A stretch of DNA of 64,000 nt from a virus: positions 64,001 to 128,000 of IMG/VR virus record IMGVR_UViG_3300043409_001877. One strand, given 5' to 3'. Each line of letters opens with the position of its first letter. The first letter of the stretch is position 1. The position numbers and the translations under genes are program-made. Positions 18,495 to 28,261 of the stretch are shown one piece after another. The notes beneath the pieces were generated by a model. It did no database searches and was not told the origin of the DNA. It was given only the letters and a program-made list of their open reading frames with translations.

Positions 18495-21400
18495 TTATAA
18501 GTTATCGAAAGATACACTTGTAGGTGTTACTACGAATTCTAATTCAATAAATTCTAATGTAGGTGTTGGTTTAATATAAATTTTACCTCTTAAAGTATTT
18601 CTATCAGTATCTTCAACATCATTTACCAAAGAAACTCTAAAGTCAGTTAAACCTCTTTCTTTTCTGATATTATCCAAGATAGGATTTACCAATGATAAGA
18701 ATTGACTTCTAACTTGTGCATCATTTGGATCAAATAATAATCTATTAGCTACAGCTACAATTAATTTTCTTGCTTGTAACAATAATCTTCTGATATTTAA
18801 TCTATTCATTGCACTATCTTTAACTTGTAAGTTTCTATTACCCCAAATTACAGTTCCAACGTCAGAGAATGTAGCGATAGGGTTAATTCTACCTGGATAT
18901 AATATATCTCTAGACTCTTGATCTAATTGAATACGAGCTCTAATACAACTTACTAAACCTCTATTGTAACCTGCTGTTGCAAACCAAGGGTGAGCCACAT
19001 TATCAGTGAAAGCTAAATTCTTAACAACTTCAGCTGTTGGTGGAATAAACACGTTAGCGTTATTCTCAACATCAGAAATCTGAATCCAAGGATAGTATAT
19101 TGCTGTGTAATTCGAATCAATTTCAGTTGCTGTTAATTCGTCAATAATATCAGCTGGATAAAGCCAATCTTCACTATTAGAAGGATTAGAGTTACCAATT
19201 AATTTCATATCTGGTAATGTTGGTAAGTAAATTGAGTCCATTCTCTTCTCTTCAACAATCTCAATAGTATCTCTAACTAAATCAGTGTTATTGATTATGT
19301 CAATACCTGGAGTTGCTAAGATATTAATTGTAGTTTGTTCAGGATTTTCAAATGTCTTAACACCATAAATTGTAGCATAATAATCTGAAGTACCAAACGT
19401 ATCATTATATTCTACACTTGTAAATGTATCAAATCCGCTTTGAACAAATCCAGTTCTACCAATTTTATATTCGTCAGTATTTGTTCTTTGATCTCTATAA
19501 ACATCAAAACCATCAAAACCACCAGAGAATAAAGCTGTGAACTTTCTAGTCTTCATATCGTAATATGGGTGTGTTGGTGTTGAAGCGATTAATACAGGGT
19601 CAGTAAATGAACCATAACCAGTTGCAAATACAACATCACCACTAGCATCTACAATTGCACTAGCGTTAATGTCCATATGGAAACCTTTTGTTTTTGTATC
19701 CCAATCTAAACCATCATTATATGTGTTATCACCAGGAGTTGCTGATCTCTTACCCTTAAAATTTAATAAATCTTTATCAAAACCATATTCAGTATCTGTA
19801 AAACCTAAGAATACTTTTCTAATTTTATCACCAGTTGAATAAATTGGTAATGCAAATGGCGGGTTAACAATTAATTCACCAGGTGCGTAATATTTTGTTT
19901 TGTAAGGTAACTCTGGAACACCAATATAACTAGAATCAGTTGAACCAGTACCAGTAGCTCTAAAATCATAACCTTCAAAACCAGAAGCAACTCCATCAAT
20001 TGGAGCGTTTTCAGCCATTTCAGCAACAATATAAGAACTCTTTAAAGGATATTTGTTATCAATTGTACCAATTTTTCTACCAATGTAGCTATCAGATGTC
20101 TCATCCATAGAAACACCTAAGAATCTTTCTAAGTAAACTGGTGTTTTATCAGAATCACCAAATGATCTTAAATAAACATCAAATGTTTTTTTATCTAAAT
20201 CAACATTACCTATTGAAACTTTAATTTCTGTATTAGCGTTACTACCATCAGATATAGAAATAAATCTAAATAATCTTTGTGGTAAACCACCTCTTAATTC
20301 AGAAACAAAGAAAGGTGTTGCTGGTGATTGGAATTGGAATTTATAATGATCCCAATCGTTTACAGTTAATAATTCATAATGTAAACCTTTAATTTCACCA
20401 AAAGTCCAACCTTTTCTCAATATTGAATCGTAAACATCCTCAACAAATAAGTAAGTATCTTTATCAGAAGCTGTAGAACCTAATACGTTTTTAATGTAAT
20501 TCTTTTTATTCTTATCTAATGAAACAGAATAAACAAAATCAGTTCCACCAGTTGTTGTTCCTGTAATATCAAATGTAGCAAAAGGATTCGATCCCGCTGC
20601 TGTAAATTGATCGTAACCAACTGTTGTTGAATCAACGTGGTAACCTAATTGATTAACAATGTAAGTACCTCTACTTTTTAATGTAGAAACTAATTTTTTG
20701 TGATATTTTTCATTAGGTGTTGCTGTAAACTCATAAGTTCTTAAGGTAGTTGTACCTGTAATAGTGCTAACACCAGACGTACCAATGTCGTAGTTATATA
20801 AAGCAAAACCGTAACCAGTATAAGTGTCAGTTGTCTCATCATAACTAAATTCATTAATTAAAATGTTATCAGTTCTATCACTAGTCGGAATACCAAGTGG
20901 TAATTCATAACCATCAACAAATACAGGATTTGCAGGCCCAGAACCAGTTAAAGTTTGAGCGTTTCTATCAGTAGTTAAATCAGTAACCTCAGTTGAATCT
21001 AAAATACCCCAATAGAATGCGTTATTTTTATACCAATCCTTAGTAGTATAACTAAGTGTTGAAAAGAATCTGTAGTAAGCTGTGTCGAATTTAGTTGAAT
21101 CAATACCGCTTAAAGTAGCAATATGATCAATTAATTCAGTAGAAGTGCCCGCAAGTTGGAATGGATTTTGAACTCCAGCTGTAATCGTGGTATCAATTTC
21201 AAAATCAAATGTAACATCACTTGATGTAAACTCCAATGTAGTTTTGTCAACAGTACCGATTGTTCTGATAGCATAAGACATACCGCCTTCATAACCAGAA
21301 AGACCTAATACACGTGTCACGTATAATTGGTTAGATTGACCCAAGTAAGATTTTGCTATGTATGGTAATTCATACTTAACAATTTGAGTATTTTTAAATT

Positions 21401-21590
21401 TTTCTGGGCTTGTACCTCCAAAAGATAATTTAAATTCATCATAATTTCTGATGAACATTGGTTGGAATGCAGGCCCTTTCTTAGTTTCACCAACTAATCC
21501 TAGGGTTGTAACACCGATTGTTTCAGTTGTGAATGTTAAATCTTTTTCCGATGTATAAACACCTGGTGATGCATAAACTTTGTTTGCCAT
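18495..21590 (-). CDS. Tail sheath protein (T4 gp18-like)
   Basis: SPGVYTSEKD N-terminus, YYPW, PWFATAGYNRG, INPI..F...GTVIWGNRNL, RLNIRRLL, and the C-terminal KPT.TLEFIELEF. Confidence 0.95.
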   Translation of the reverse strand: MANKVYASPGVYTSEKDLTFTTETIGVTTLGLVGETKKGPAFQPMFIRNYDEFKLSFGGTSPEKFKNTQIVKYELPYIAKSYLGQSNQLYVTRVLGLSGYEGGMSYAIRTIGTVDKTTLEFTSSDVTFDFEIDTTITAGVQNPFQLAGTSTELIDHIATLSGIDSTKFDTAYYRFFSTLSYTTKDWYKNNAFYWGILDSTEVTDLTTDRNAQTLTGSGPANPVFVDGYELPLGIPTSDRTDNILINEFSYDETTDTYTGYGFALYNYDIGTSGVSTITGTTTLRTYEFTATPNEKYHKKLVSTLKSRGTYIVNQLGYHVDSTTVGYDQFTAAGSNPFATFDITGTTTGGTDFVYSVSLDKNKKNYIKNVLGSTASDKDTYLFVEDVYDSILRKGWTFGEIKGLHYELLTVNDWDHYKFQFQSPATPFFVSELRGGLPQRLFRFISISDGSNANTEIKVSIGNVDLDKKTFDVYLRSFGDSDKTPVYLERFLGVSMDETSDSYIGRKIGTIDNKYPLKSSYIVAEMAENAPIDGVASGFEGYDFRATGTGSTDSSYIGVPELPYKTKYYAPGELIVNPPFALPIYSTGDKIRKVFLGFTDTEYGFDKDLLNFKGKRSATPGDNTYNDGLDWDTKTKGFHMDINASAIVDASGDVVFATGYGSFTDPVLIASTPTHPYYDMKTRKFTALFSGGFDGFDVYRDQRTNTDEYKIGRTGFVQSGFDTFTSVEYNDTFGTSDYYATIYGVKTFENPEQTTINILATPGIDIINNTDLVRDTIEIVEEKRMDSIYLPTLPDMKLIGNSNPSNSEDWLYPADIIDELTATEIDSNYTAIYYPWIQISDVENNANVFIPPTAEVVKNLAFTDNVAHPWFATAGYNRGLVSCIRARIQLDQESRDILYPGRINPIATFSDVGTVIWGNRNLQVKDSAMNRLNIRRLLLQARKLIVAVANRLLFDPNDAQVRSQFLSLVNPILDNIRKERGLTDFRVSLVNDVEDTDRNTLRGKIYIKPTPTLEFIELEFVVTPTSVSFDNL

Positions 21591-21698
21591 ATTTGTTAAT
21601 TTTTAATTTTTTTTTATTTACCTTGTTACTAACAATAAATATCTGTGTTTTTTTCAAAAAACAACAAATACACTTTACTTTCTAAAATAATTTATTTA

Positions 21699-22760
21699 TC
21701 ACCTCTTTAATTTGATAGTTATTGGATGATTAGCAGAACCAACCGCTTTAGATTGCCCTGTGATTTCATAAGTACCAGTCTCAAAACCACTAACACCTAA
21801 CCCCGCTAATTTTGATATTTTTGTCCCAGAATCAATAGTTAGAGCTTTACCCTTATCATCATAAGCGATCCCACTTAAAGACATTCCTTTTAAAATAGGC
21901 CCGCCAGAAATAAATGAAATAACCACCAATTCTAATGTTGGTGAAATATAACCCAAAATAGTAGAAGTTTTTGCTTTAGTAACATTTCCACCACCCTCAA
22001 CCATAGTAAATGTCCTATTTATTCCAGGAGTTACCTCAAAATCCTCAGGATCCAATATAAAACCTTGTAACATAAAAGAATATACTTGAACATAAAATCT
22101 TTTATTGTCTAAATCCGTGATTTTACTCTCATCTGAGGTGTCTTCTAAAACTATTGGTATATAATGACCATTTACTATTGTGTAAGCTTGTCTGCTTTGG
22201 AAATTCTTTAATATGATTGTATTAAATTTATTAAGGTCTTGTTGTCTATAAGCAAATATTCTTACATCATATGAAATATCAATTGGTACTGGTTGTGGTA
22301 TTGTGTAAACATCAACACCTTTTCTATTACCATCCCAAGTAGGAACTTCAGCGTAGGTATAATTCCTACCTTGAGGTACATTATATATTAGGGCTGGGTT
22401 TGATCCTGGTTTAGTATCTGGTTGTCTTACTATATTTACAAATGGTATTTTAACATTCTTATATTCGTCAGAAAATTTCCATGTTTTTGAAAACTCATTC
22501 CATTTTTGAATACCCATCATAAATACAGGCACTCTTTCACCATTTAATGTTAAAGCCATTGTATCAGTTACAAACTCCTTAAAACCAGCATCTAAATCAA
22601 TATGCATAACACCTCTTGGTAAATAAGCATCTTTATCGATTATCATATCCTTCATGTTTTCAGCGGCAGCACTTTCCATTCTGAAATTTTCAGTATATTC
22701 GGTACTTTGCCTATCCCTAGTTAGGTTTATCTTTTTTTTATATTTTCCTGGTAAAGCCAT
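21699..22760 (-). CDS. Tail terminator / sheath stabiliser (gp15-like)
   Basis: Immediately upstream of the sheath gene; PQPVPIDISYDVRIF motif typical of tail-completion proteins. Confidence 0.6.
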   Translation of the reverse strand: MALPGKYKKKINLTRDRQSTEYTENFRMESAAAENMKDMIIDKDAYLPRGVMHIDLDAGFKEFVTDTMALTLNGERVPVFMMGIQKWNEFSKTWKFSDEYKNVKIPFVNIVRQPDTKPGSNPALIYNVPQGRNYTYAEVPTWDGNRKGVDVYTIPQPVPIDISYDVRIFAYRQQDLNKFNTIILKNFQSRQAYTIVNGHYIPIVLEDTSDESKITDLDNKRFYVQVYSFMLQGFILDPEDFEVTPGINRTFTMVEGGGNVTKAKTSTILGYISPTLELVVISFISGGPILKGMSLSGIAYDDKGKALTIDSGTKISKLAGLGVSGFETGTYEITGQSKAVGSANHPITIKLKR

Positions 22761-22762
22761 TT

Positions 22763-23284
22763 TTATAAACCGTTAAATTGATTTGGGTCAACTGTTACAC
22801 ATTGTACGGTGGTAAAATAACTTCTAAAACCATACATAGTACTTGCATTATCCACATTTATTTCACCATCATCAAACACTTCAAAATATTTCATATCTTT
22901 TTCACTGGTTGAATAACCAATAATATCACCATACGATATTTTAACATTTTTATCACTTAATTCTTTATTTAAAACAGTAAAAACTAAATTACCATGTTCT
23001 TGATATCTTAACGAACCATTATCACCATATGTTTTATTTTCAGCATCATCTAATTTAGGTAATACGTTCAACTCAACGGGAGATAAAAATCTAATTTCAC
23101 GTGATTCACTCTCCCCATAAACATCATCACTGTTACTATTAACTCTATCTATTCTATATAAAACAACCCTAAAATTAGCATCTTCATTAATTACCTCCAT
23201 AGCCATATCCAGATCAGTTTGATAATCAATGTCATCATAATACCTAGAAAGTCGTGTGATTGGTATGCGATTCTTACGTTCCAT
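22763..23284 (-). CDS. Neck / head-closure protein (gp14-like)
   Basis: VVLYRID...DDVYGES...F..PVEL...GDII pattern; adjacent to the terminator-like gene. Confidence 0.6.
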   Translation of the reverse strand: MERKNRIPITRLSRYYDDIDYQTDLDMAMEVINEDANFRVVLYRIDRVNSNSDDVYGESESREIRFLSPVELNVLPKLDDAENKTYGDNGSLRYQEHGNLVFTVLNKELSDKNVKISYGDIIGYSTSEKDMKYFEVFDDGEINVDNASTMYGFRSYFTTVQCVTVDPNQFNGL

Positions 23285-23321
23285 TTAGTTTTTTTATATA
23301 AATAGTCTAATAAGAACCTAT

Positions 23322-23353
23322 ATTGACTTTTAAATAAATATTTCGTATTATTG
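23322..23353 (+). promoter_or_regulatory. Host-RNAP promoter TTG-N20-TATTATTG
   Basis: TTGACT 23323-28, 17-nt spacer, TATTATTG 23346-53; 9 nt upstream of ATG 23363. Confidence 0.6.
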
Positions 23354-23362
23354 TAATAAAAA

Positions 23363-23869
23363 ATGAGAGATCAGATATTAGAATATTGTGAATTTGAAAA
23401 TAACGTTAAAGAATTATTTATACCTAAACAATTTGATGATTGTTTATTGGGTATTTGTCATAGAATGGATGAGTCATTTACAACAGCATATGATTTAAAC
23501 AAAATCATAGTTAAAATTATGAAAAAGAATAGTTTAACGTATGATGAGGCTATTAGAAACTTTAATTTAAACATCTTGGATAAAAATCCAACAATATCAT
23601 TTATTTTAATAACAGATCAAAATCAGGATTTACTTTCTGAGTATAATAATAAAATGTTATTCTTAGATGGTTTTGATGACAATTCTATAATTGGAGTTAG
23701 AATTAAATCTGGGTGTAATATTGTGGCTGCGTATGACGATAGTATGTGTATTCAGTCATTAATAGATGGTGAGGACATGGATGAAACGGATGCTATTGAG
23801 TTTTTTGAATACAATACTCGTGGTTCATTTGTCGGGAATGACACACCAGCCATTGTAACATTATTTTAA
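23363..23869 (+). CDS. Hypothetical phage protein with an internally duplicated domain
   Basis: Two copies of FDD..(L/I)G...AYD....I.......D(E)AI..F..N. Confidence 0.7.
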   Translation: MRDQILEYCEFENNVKELFIPKQFDDCLLGICHRMDESFTTAYDLNKIIVKIMKKNSLTYDEAIRNFNLNILDKNPTISFILITDQNQDLLSEYNNKMLFLDGFDDNSIIGVRIKSGCNIVAAYDDSMCIQSLIDGEDMDETDAIEFFEYNTRGSFVGNDTPAIVTLF

Positions 23870-23870
23870 T

Positions 23871-25652
23871 ATGAACATACCAATAGAAAAAAAAGCATTA
23901 GATATATTAAAAGAATACAAAGGTAATAATGATTATATTTTAGGCATACAAAATGATTATTTTAAAGCCAAATCATTCATACCAACAAAAAAACAATCAG
24001 AATATATTGTAAGATTTGGTAATATCGATTCAGTTGTTGTTAACAAATATGTTGAAGTACAAAGGTCTTGCAGAGAATTTGTTCAAATTCAATTATGTTT
24101 ACTATCACAACCAGAAAAGATTTTTATAAATAAGTTACTTTCTAGAAGAGGCGATTTACTTCATATTTGGGGATGTTTTGGTGATGATTGCAAAAATTAC
24201 CAAGGGATATTCATCGCAAAAGAATGTATTAAAAAAAATAAAGAAATCCCTAATATTGATTTTAGTAAGTATGAGCGTGATCCTAAACCTCACCAAATTA
24301 CAGCGATTAATAAATTATTAATTAACGATAAGTACATACTAGCTGACGACATGGGTTTAGGTAAAACTACGTCTTCTATTATCGCAGCAATGGAAGGTAA
24401 TTTTAAAAAGATATTAGTTGTTTGTCCAGCCTCATTAAAACTTAATTGGAAAAAAGAAATTATGAATTACGATAGGGTTGAAAACATATCTATCGTGGAC
24501 TCTGGTGATTTTAGAGTTAATAAATGGACTATTGTTAATTATGATATTCTTAAAAACTTTCACCACCTACCACAAAGAGGTGTTAAGATGTCTGACTTAC
24601 CAGTGTCCCCAATTGACTTTCATAAATTTGATTTAGTTATTGCGGATGAAGCGCATTACCTAAAAAACTCAACATCTAATAGAACCAAGATATTTAACGA
24701 TTTTGCTTCTAGAATTGAAAATCGTTGGCTTTTAACTGGTACCCCCATTACAAATAAACCTATTGATTTTTATAATTTATTATTTTTATGCGACTCACCA
24801 ATTGCAGCCAATTGGGTTCATTATGTTAGACGTTATTGCGCTGGTAGGCAATTCAACAGAAAAGGTACAAAGCAAAAATATTGGATGACATCTGGGGCTT
24901 CTAATTTAGATGAGCTTAGAGATTATGCTACTGACGTTATGTTAAGGAGAACTAAAAAAGACTCAATTGATTTACCACAAAAAACAATCAAGCCAGTTTA
25001 TTTACCAATGGAATATTCAATCAGCTATAACACATATTTAAAGGAATACCAAGACTGGGTTGATAGTACCGAAGGACAGGAAGAGAAACCAAAGATTAGT
25101 GATCACTTAACTAAATTAATAAAAATACGTCAGTTACTATCAAACGATAAAATTGAACACACTATCAAATTAGCTGAAGATTTAATTGAAAACGACAAAA
25201 AGGTTATTATATTTAGTTGCTTTACCCAAACAATAAACGCAATACACGAACACTTTGGTAAGAGTTCTGTTATTATTGACGGTTCTGTTTCATCAAAAAA
25301 TCGTGATCTTGCCGTTGAAAAATTTCAAAACGATGATAAGATTAAAGTATTTTGTGGTAACATAGTTGCCGCTGGGGTTGGTTTGACATTAACAGAAGGT
25401 AGTATTGTTATCTTTAATGATTTAGATTGGGTTCCAGCTAATCACGCACAAGCTGAAGATAGAGCGCACAGAATGGGTCAAGATAAACCAGTTCATATTA
25501 TATATCCACTGTTTGATGAAACTTTAGACGTTTTAATGTTCCAATCGTTACAAAGAAAAATGAAAATTATTACTCAGGTTATGGGCGATAGTACAGAAGT
25601 TGATGATACTTCTGTTGGGCGTGAAGTTATTGGTAATTTAATGAAACATTAA
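23871..25652 (+). CDS. SNF2-family helicase/translocase (HARP/SMARCAL1-like)
   Basis: LADDMGLGKT, VVCPASL..NW, DEAH, LTGTP, GVGLTLT, QAEDRAHRMGQ. Confidence 0.93.
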   Translation: MNIPIEKKALDILKEYKGNNDYILGIQNDYFKAKSFIPTKKQSEYIVRFGNIDSVVVNKYVEVQRSCREFVQIQLCLLSQPEKIFINKLLSRRGDLLHIWGCFGDDCKNYQGIFIAKECIKKNKEIPNIDFSKYERDPKPHQITAINKLLINDKYILADDMGLGKTTSSIIAAMEGNFKKILVVCPASLKLNWKKEIMNYDRVENISIVDSGDFRVNKWTIVNYDILKNFHHLPQRGVKMSDLPVSPIDFHKFDLVIADEAHYLKNSTSNRTKIFNDFASRIENRWLLTGTPITNKPIDFYNLLFLCDSPIAANWVHYVRRYCAGRQFNRKGTKQKYWMTSGASNLDELRDYATDVMLRRTKKDSIDLPQKTIKPVYLPMEYSISYNTYLKEYQDWVDSTEGQEEKPKISDHLTKLIKIRQLLSNDKIEHTIKLAEDLIENDKKVIIFSCFTQTINAIHEHFGKSSVIIDGSVSSKNRDLAVEKFQNDDKIKVFCGNIVAAGVGLTLTEGSIVIFNDLDWVPANHAQAEDRAHRMGQDKPVHIIYPLFDETLDVLMFQSLQRKMKIITQVMGDSTEVDDTSVGREVIGNLMKH

Positions 25653-26801
25653 GAATGAATATTGGACATCCCCTCTTTGAGCACCAATATCACCTTCACC
25701 TTTAGGTGCTACCATTATATTATACTCTAATGGATTACCTTTTGGTTTTGCTAAAAACTCATCATACGTTAAAATAGAATTAACATCAACACCATATTCA
25801 TCAGACAACCTTTGTTTAAGAGTTTGAGCACCATTTTCATCTTTATAAATTAACTTACCTTTATCATCCACTTGATAACTAGGGTTTTTGCCTGATGTTG
25901 TTTTAAGGAATAAATCATCAAACATACTTTTTGGTACAGTAACAGCTTGTTTTTTACCTTTAATATCTTTTATTTTGTTAAGCTCTCTTTTATTAGCGTC
26001 TGTTGAAAAGTTTACAATCATATCATCATCATTGAAATTAATGATATCACCCATTTTAGTATAAGCATATGATTTTATGTTATAACCTTCAGCTTTTAAA
26101 TTTTTTGTAATATTAAGGGCGATTTGATGATATTTCTTAGTAAAAAAATCACCCGCATCATTCCATCTAAATTGTATTTCTTTAGTTGGGTTTTTTAATG
26201 CGATTATTTCAAGCTCATGCTTTAATAATTTTTCAAATCTTTCAGGATAATTTAATAATAAATTTAATATTCTTGTTTGTTTAACAAACACATCTGGAAA
26301 CATAACATAACTACCTTTTCTAGCATAACAAATCATAGCACACGTACCAGCACCAGGACAAGTGTTTACAATATAAAACTTTTGGTCATCAATATCATAA
26401 ACTAAACCACGTAAAGCTGGAATACCAATATTTACAGAAAATGAGTTATCTGTTTTAGATTTCTCCATCTTCATATTAATACTCAATAAATCATTTGGCA
26501 TTGCTGTTATCTTTTTAATGAACCCATCAACATCAATACCACCCTCTTCATCAAACGGGATAGTTTTTGCGTGAATGTATGGTTTATCTAAAGCTAATTT
26601 TTCACGATCAGACGGTTTTTCTTCACTATTCTTAACAATACCGTTTAAATATTCTTTTAGACCATTTGGGTCGATACATTTTTTAGATACATCACTAAAT
26701 TCATTCCAGTCAATTTCGCTTAAAGTAAATGGATTATCTAAAATACCAGCATTTCTTCTAATTTTATTTAAAGTTTCGTTTAAAGTTATTTTTTTATTCA
26801 T
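25638..26801 (-). CDS. Gp88-like Cys-cluster (radical-SAM-like) protein
   Basis: TCPGAGTCAMICYARKG, RWNDAGDF and YAYTK are characteristic of phage Gp88-like proteins. Confidence 0.7.
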   Translation of the reverse strand: MNKKITLNETLNKIRRNAGILDNPFTLSEIDWNEFSDVSKKCIDPNGLKEYLNGIVKNSEEKPSDREKLALDKPYIHAKTIPFDEEGGIDVDGFIKKITAMPNDLLSINMKMEKSKTDNSFSVNIGIPALRGLVYDIDDQKFYIVNTCPGAGTCAMICYARKGSYVMFPDVFVKQTRILNLLLNYPERFEKLLKHELEIIALKNPTKEIQFRWNDAGDFFTKKYHQIALNITKNLKAEGYNIKSYAYTKMGDIINFNDDDMIVNFSTDANKRELNKIKDIKGKKQAVTVPKSMFDDLFLKTTSGKNPSYQVDDKGKLIYKDENGAQTLKQRLSDEYGVDVNSILTYDEFLAKPKGNPLEYNIMVAPKGEGDIGAQRGDVQYSFLMFH

Positions 26802-26808
26802 TGATGCA

Positions 26809-26828
26809 ACTATTTATCTATAAATATC
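26809..26828. promoter_or_regulatory. Crossed pair of putative late-promoter motifs serving divergent genes
   Basis: ACTATTTAT (+, 26809-17) and GATATTTAT (-, 26828-20) form the inverted repeat TATTTAT-CT-ATAAATA. Confidence 0.55.
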
Positions 26829-26834
26829 TATCTT

Positions 26835-27923
26835 ATGAGAATAAATCCAGAAGAAAAGCAAAAAATATACAAACAAGCCAAACACAGGCTTGGCGCTCCA
26901 ATTAGAAAAATTCAATTGGAAGAGGAGCAAATGGATAGTTTGTTAGAAATTGCTACTGAAGACTATGTTGAGTACATTCAAAATTATATTACTGAACACC
27001 AATGGCCCGCTTTAATTAGTTTGGATATTACTGAAGCTGATTTAACAAGAGCTTTTATCACTAGAGGGCAAGACTTTGTAACTCAATACACTTATTCTTA
27101 TTCTAAAATTGTTGGTTTGGGTGCTGGTGAAGGTGGTTTTGTTCTCAAAAAGGATTATGTTGAACTTAAAAGAAATGTTCAGATATATGAAATACCAGCT
27201 AATCGTGAAATTAATGAGGTATTATGGTTTACACCATCAACAATAGACCAATCAATTATCGATCCATTTATTGGTGTTTGGAGTAATAACTTTGGTGGTG
27301 AGTATATTGGTTTAGGTAGTTATTATATTATGCCAGCTTTTGATATATTAATGAGAGCAGCTGATAGAAATTTAAAAAATAGATTAATTAAATCAGAGTT
27401 AATTTATAAAGTAACCAATGCTCCAGATGGTAAGAAGTTCTTACATTTAATGAACACCCCAGGTAGTAATTTTGATTTCAGAGGTTCATTATTTGCACAA
27501 GGTAAAGTATGGTATTGGTATTATGATATTAATGGTAATAAAGATGAGTGTTTACAAAAAAATAAAGATATTATTAAATCACCAGCTGACGTTCCATTTG
27601 ATAATATGTCATTTGATGATTTAAATGAACCATCTAAAGTGTGGGTTAGACGTTATTTTATCGCTTTAGCTAAGGAAACATTAGGTAGAGTTAGGGGTAC
27701 TTTTGGTGGTAAAATACCAGTCCCTGACGCAAATATGGAAATAGAATATCAATCACTATTATCAGAAGGTAAAGATGAAATGGTTACATTAAAAAAAGAA
27801 TTGGAAGAAAGATTGGCTAGATTAAGCCCTCTTGAAATTCTTAAACGTGTATCAGAAGAGGCTACTTATGTTAATACATCATTAAAATTTAGAGCATTCC
27901 AAAAACCAATTAAAATTATTTAA
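26835..27923 (+). CDS. Neck protein (T4 gp13-like adaptor)
   Basis: LGAPIRKIQLEEEQ N-terminus; WVRRYFIALAKETLGRVRG.F C-terminal motif. Confidence 0.75.
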   Translation: MRINPEEKQKIYKQAKHRLGAPIRKIQLEEEQMDSLLEIATEDYVEYIQNYITEHQWPALISLDITEADLTRAFITRGQDFVTQYTYSYSKIVGLGAGEGGFVLKKDYVELKRNVQIYEIPANREINEVLWFTPSTIDQSIIDPFIGVWSNNFGGEYIGLGSYYIMPAFDILMRAADRNLKNRLIKSELIYKVTNAPDGKKFLHLMNTPGSNFDFRGSLFAQGKVWYWYYDINGNKDECLQKNKDIIKSPADVPFDNMSFDDLNEPSKVWVRRYFIALAKETLGRVRGTFGGKIPVPDANMEIEYQSLLSEGKDEMVTLKKELEERLARLSPLEILKRVSEEATYVNTSLKFRAFQKPIKII

Positions 27924-27926
27924 TAT

Positions 27927-28256
27927 ATGGCAAATTATAGAACAAGAATTGATTTAAGTAGACAGGCTGAAGTAAAAGAATTAACTTACGCTGAATTGTC
28001 TGATAATATTGAAGAGGGTAAAACTATCCTATATAAAAAAGAAGATGGTGCTCTTGGTGTCGCCTCAAAGTATAGTGGCGTAATCTACACTGGTTACACT
28101 GGTGGTGATGTTATGCGTGGTTTAACAATACCAGAATTACCAGCATCATTTCCTGGTGCGAATAAAGCTCACGTGTTATCCATGGTACAATTTGGTGTCG
28201 TTCCTATTATAAGGTGGGCTCTGGTTGATACTGATGGCGATTTTAACGAATTATAA
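27927..28256 (+). CDS. Small structural protein, paralog of the N-terminus of the next gene
   Basis: Shares DLS.QAE...GL..P..P..FPG..KA..L...W.LVDTDG.FN with 28262..29929. Confidence 0.7.
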   Translation: MANYRTRIDLSRQAEVKELTYAELSDNIEEGKTILYKKEDGALGVASKYSGVIYTGYTGGDVMRGLTIPELPASFPGANKAHVLSMVQFGVVPIIRWALVDTDGDFNEL

Positions 28257-28261
28257 AAAAT

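Noticed and set aside
23323-23351. TTGACT-N17-TATTAT as evidence for a sigma70-type (Proteobacteria/Firmicutes) host
   Set aside because: The same sites also fit TTG-N20-TAnnWTTG. Two exact Bacteroidota-type promoters plus the absence of SD motifs favour Bacteroidota, though this is not proven.
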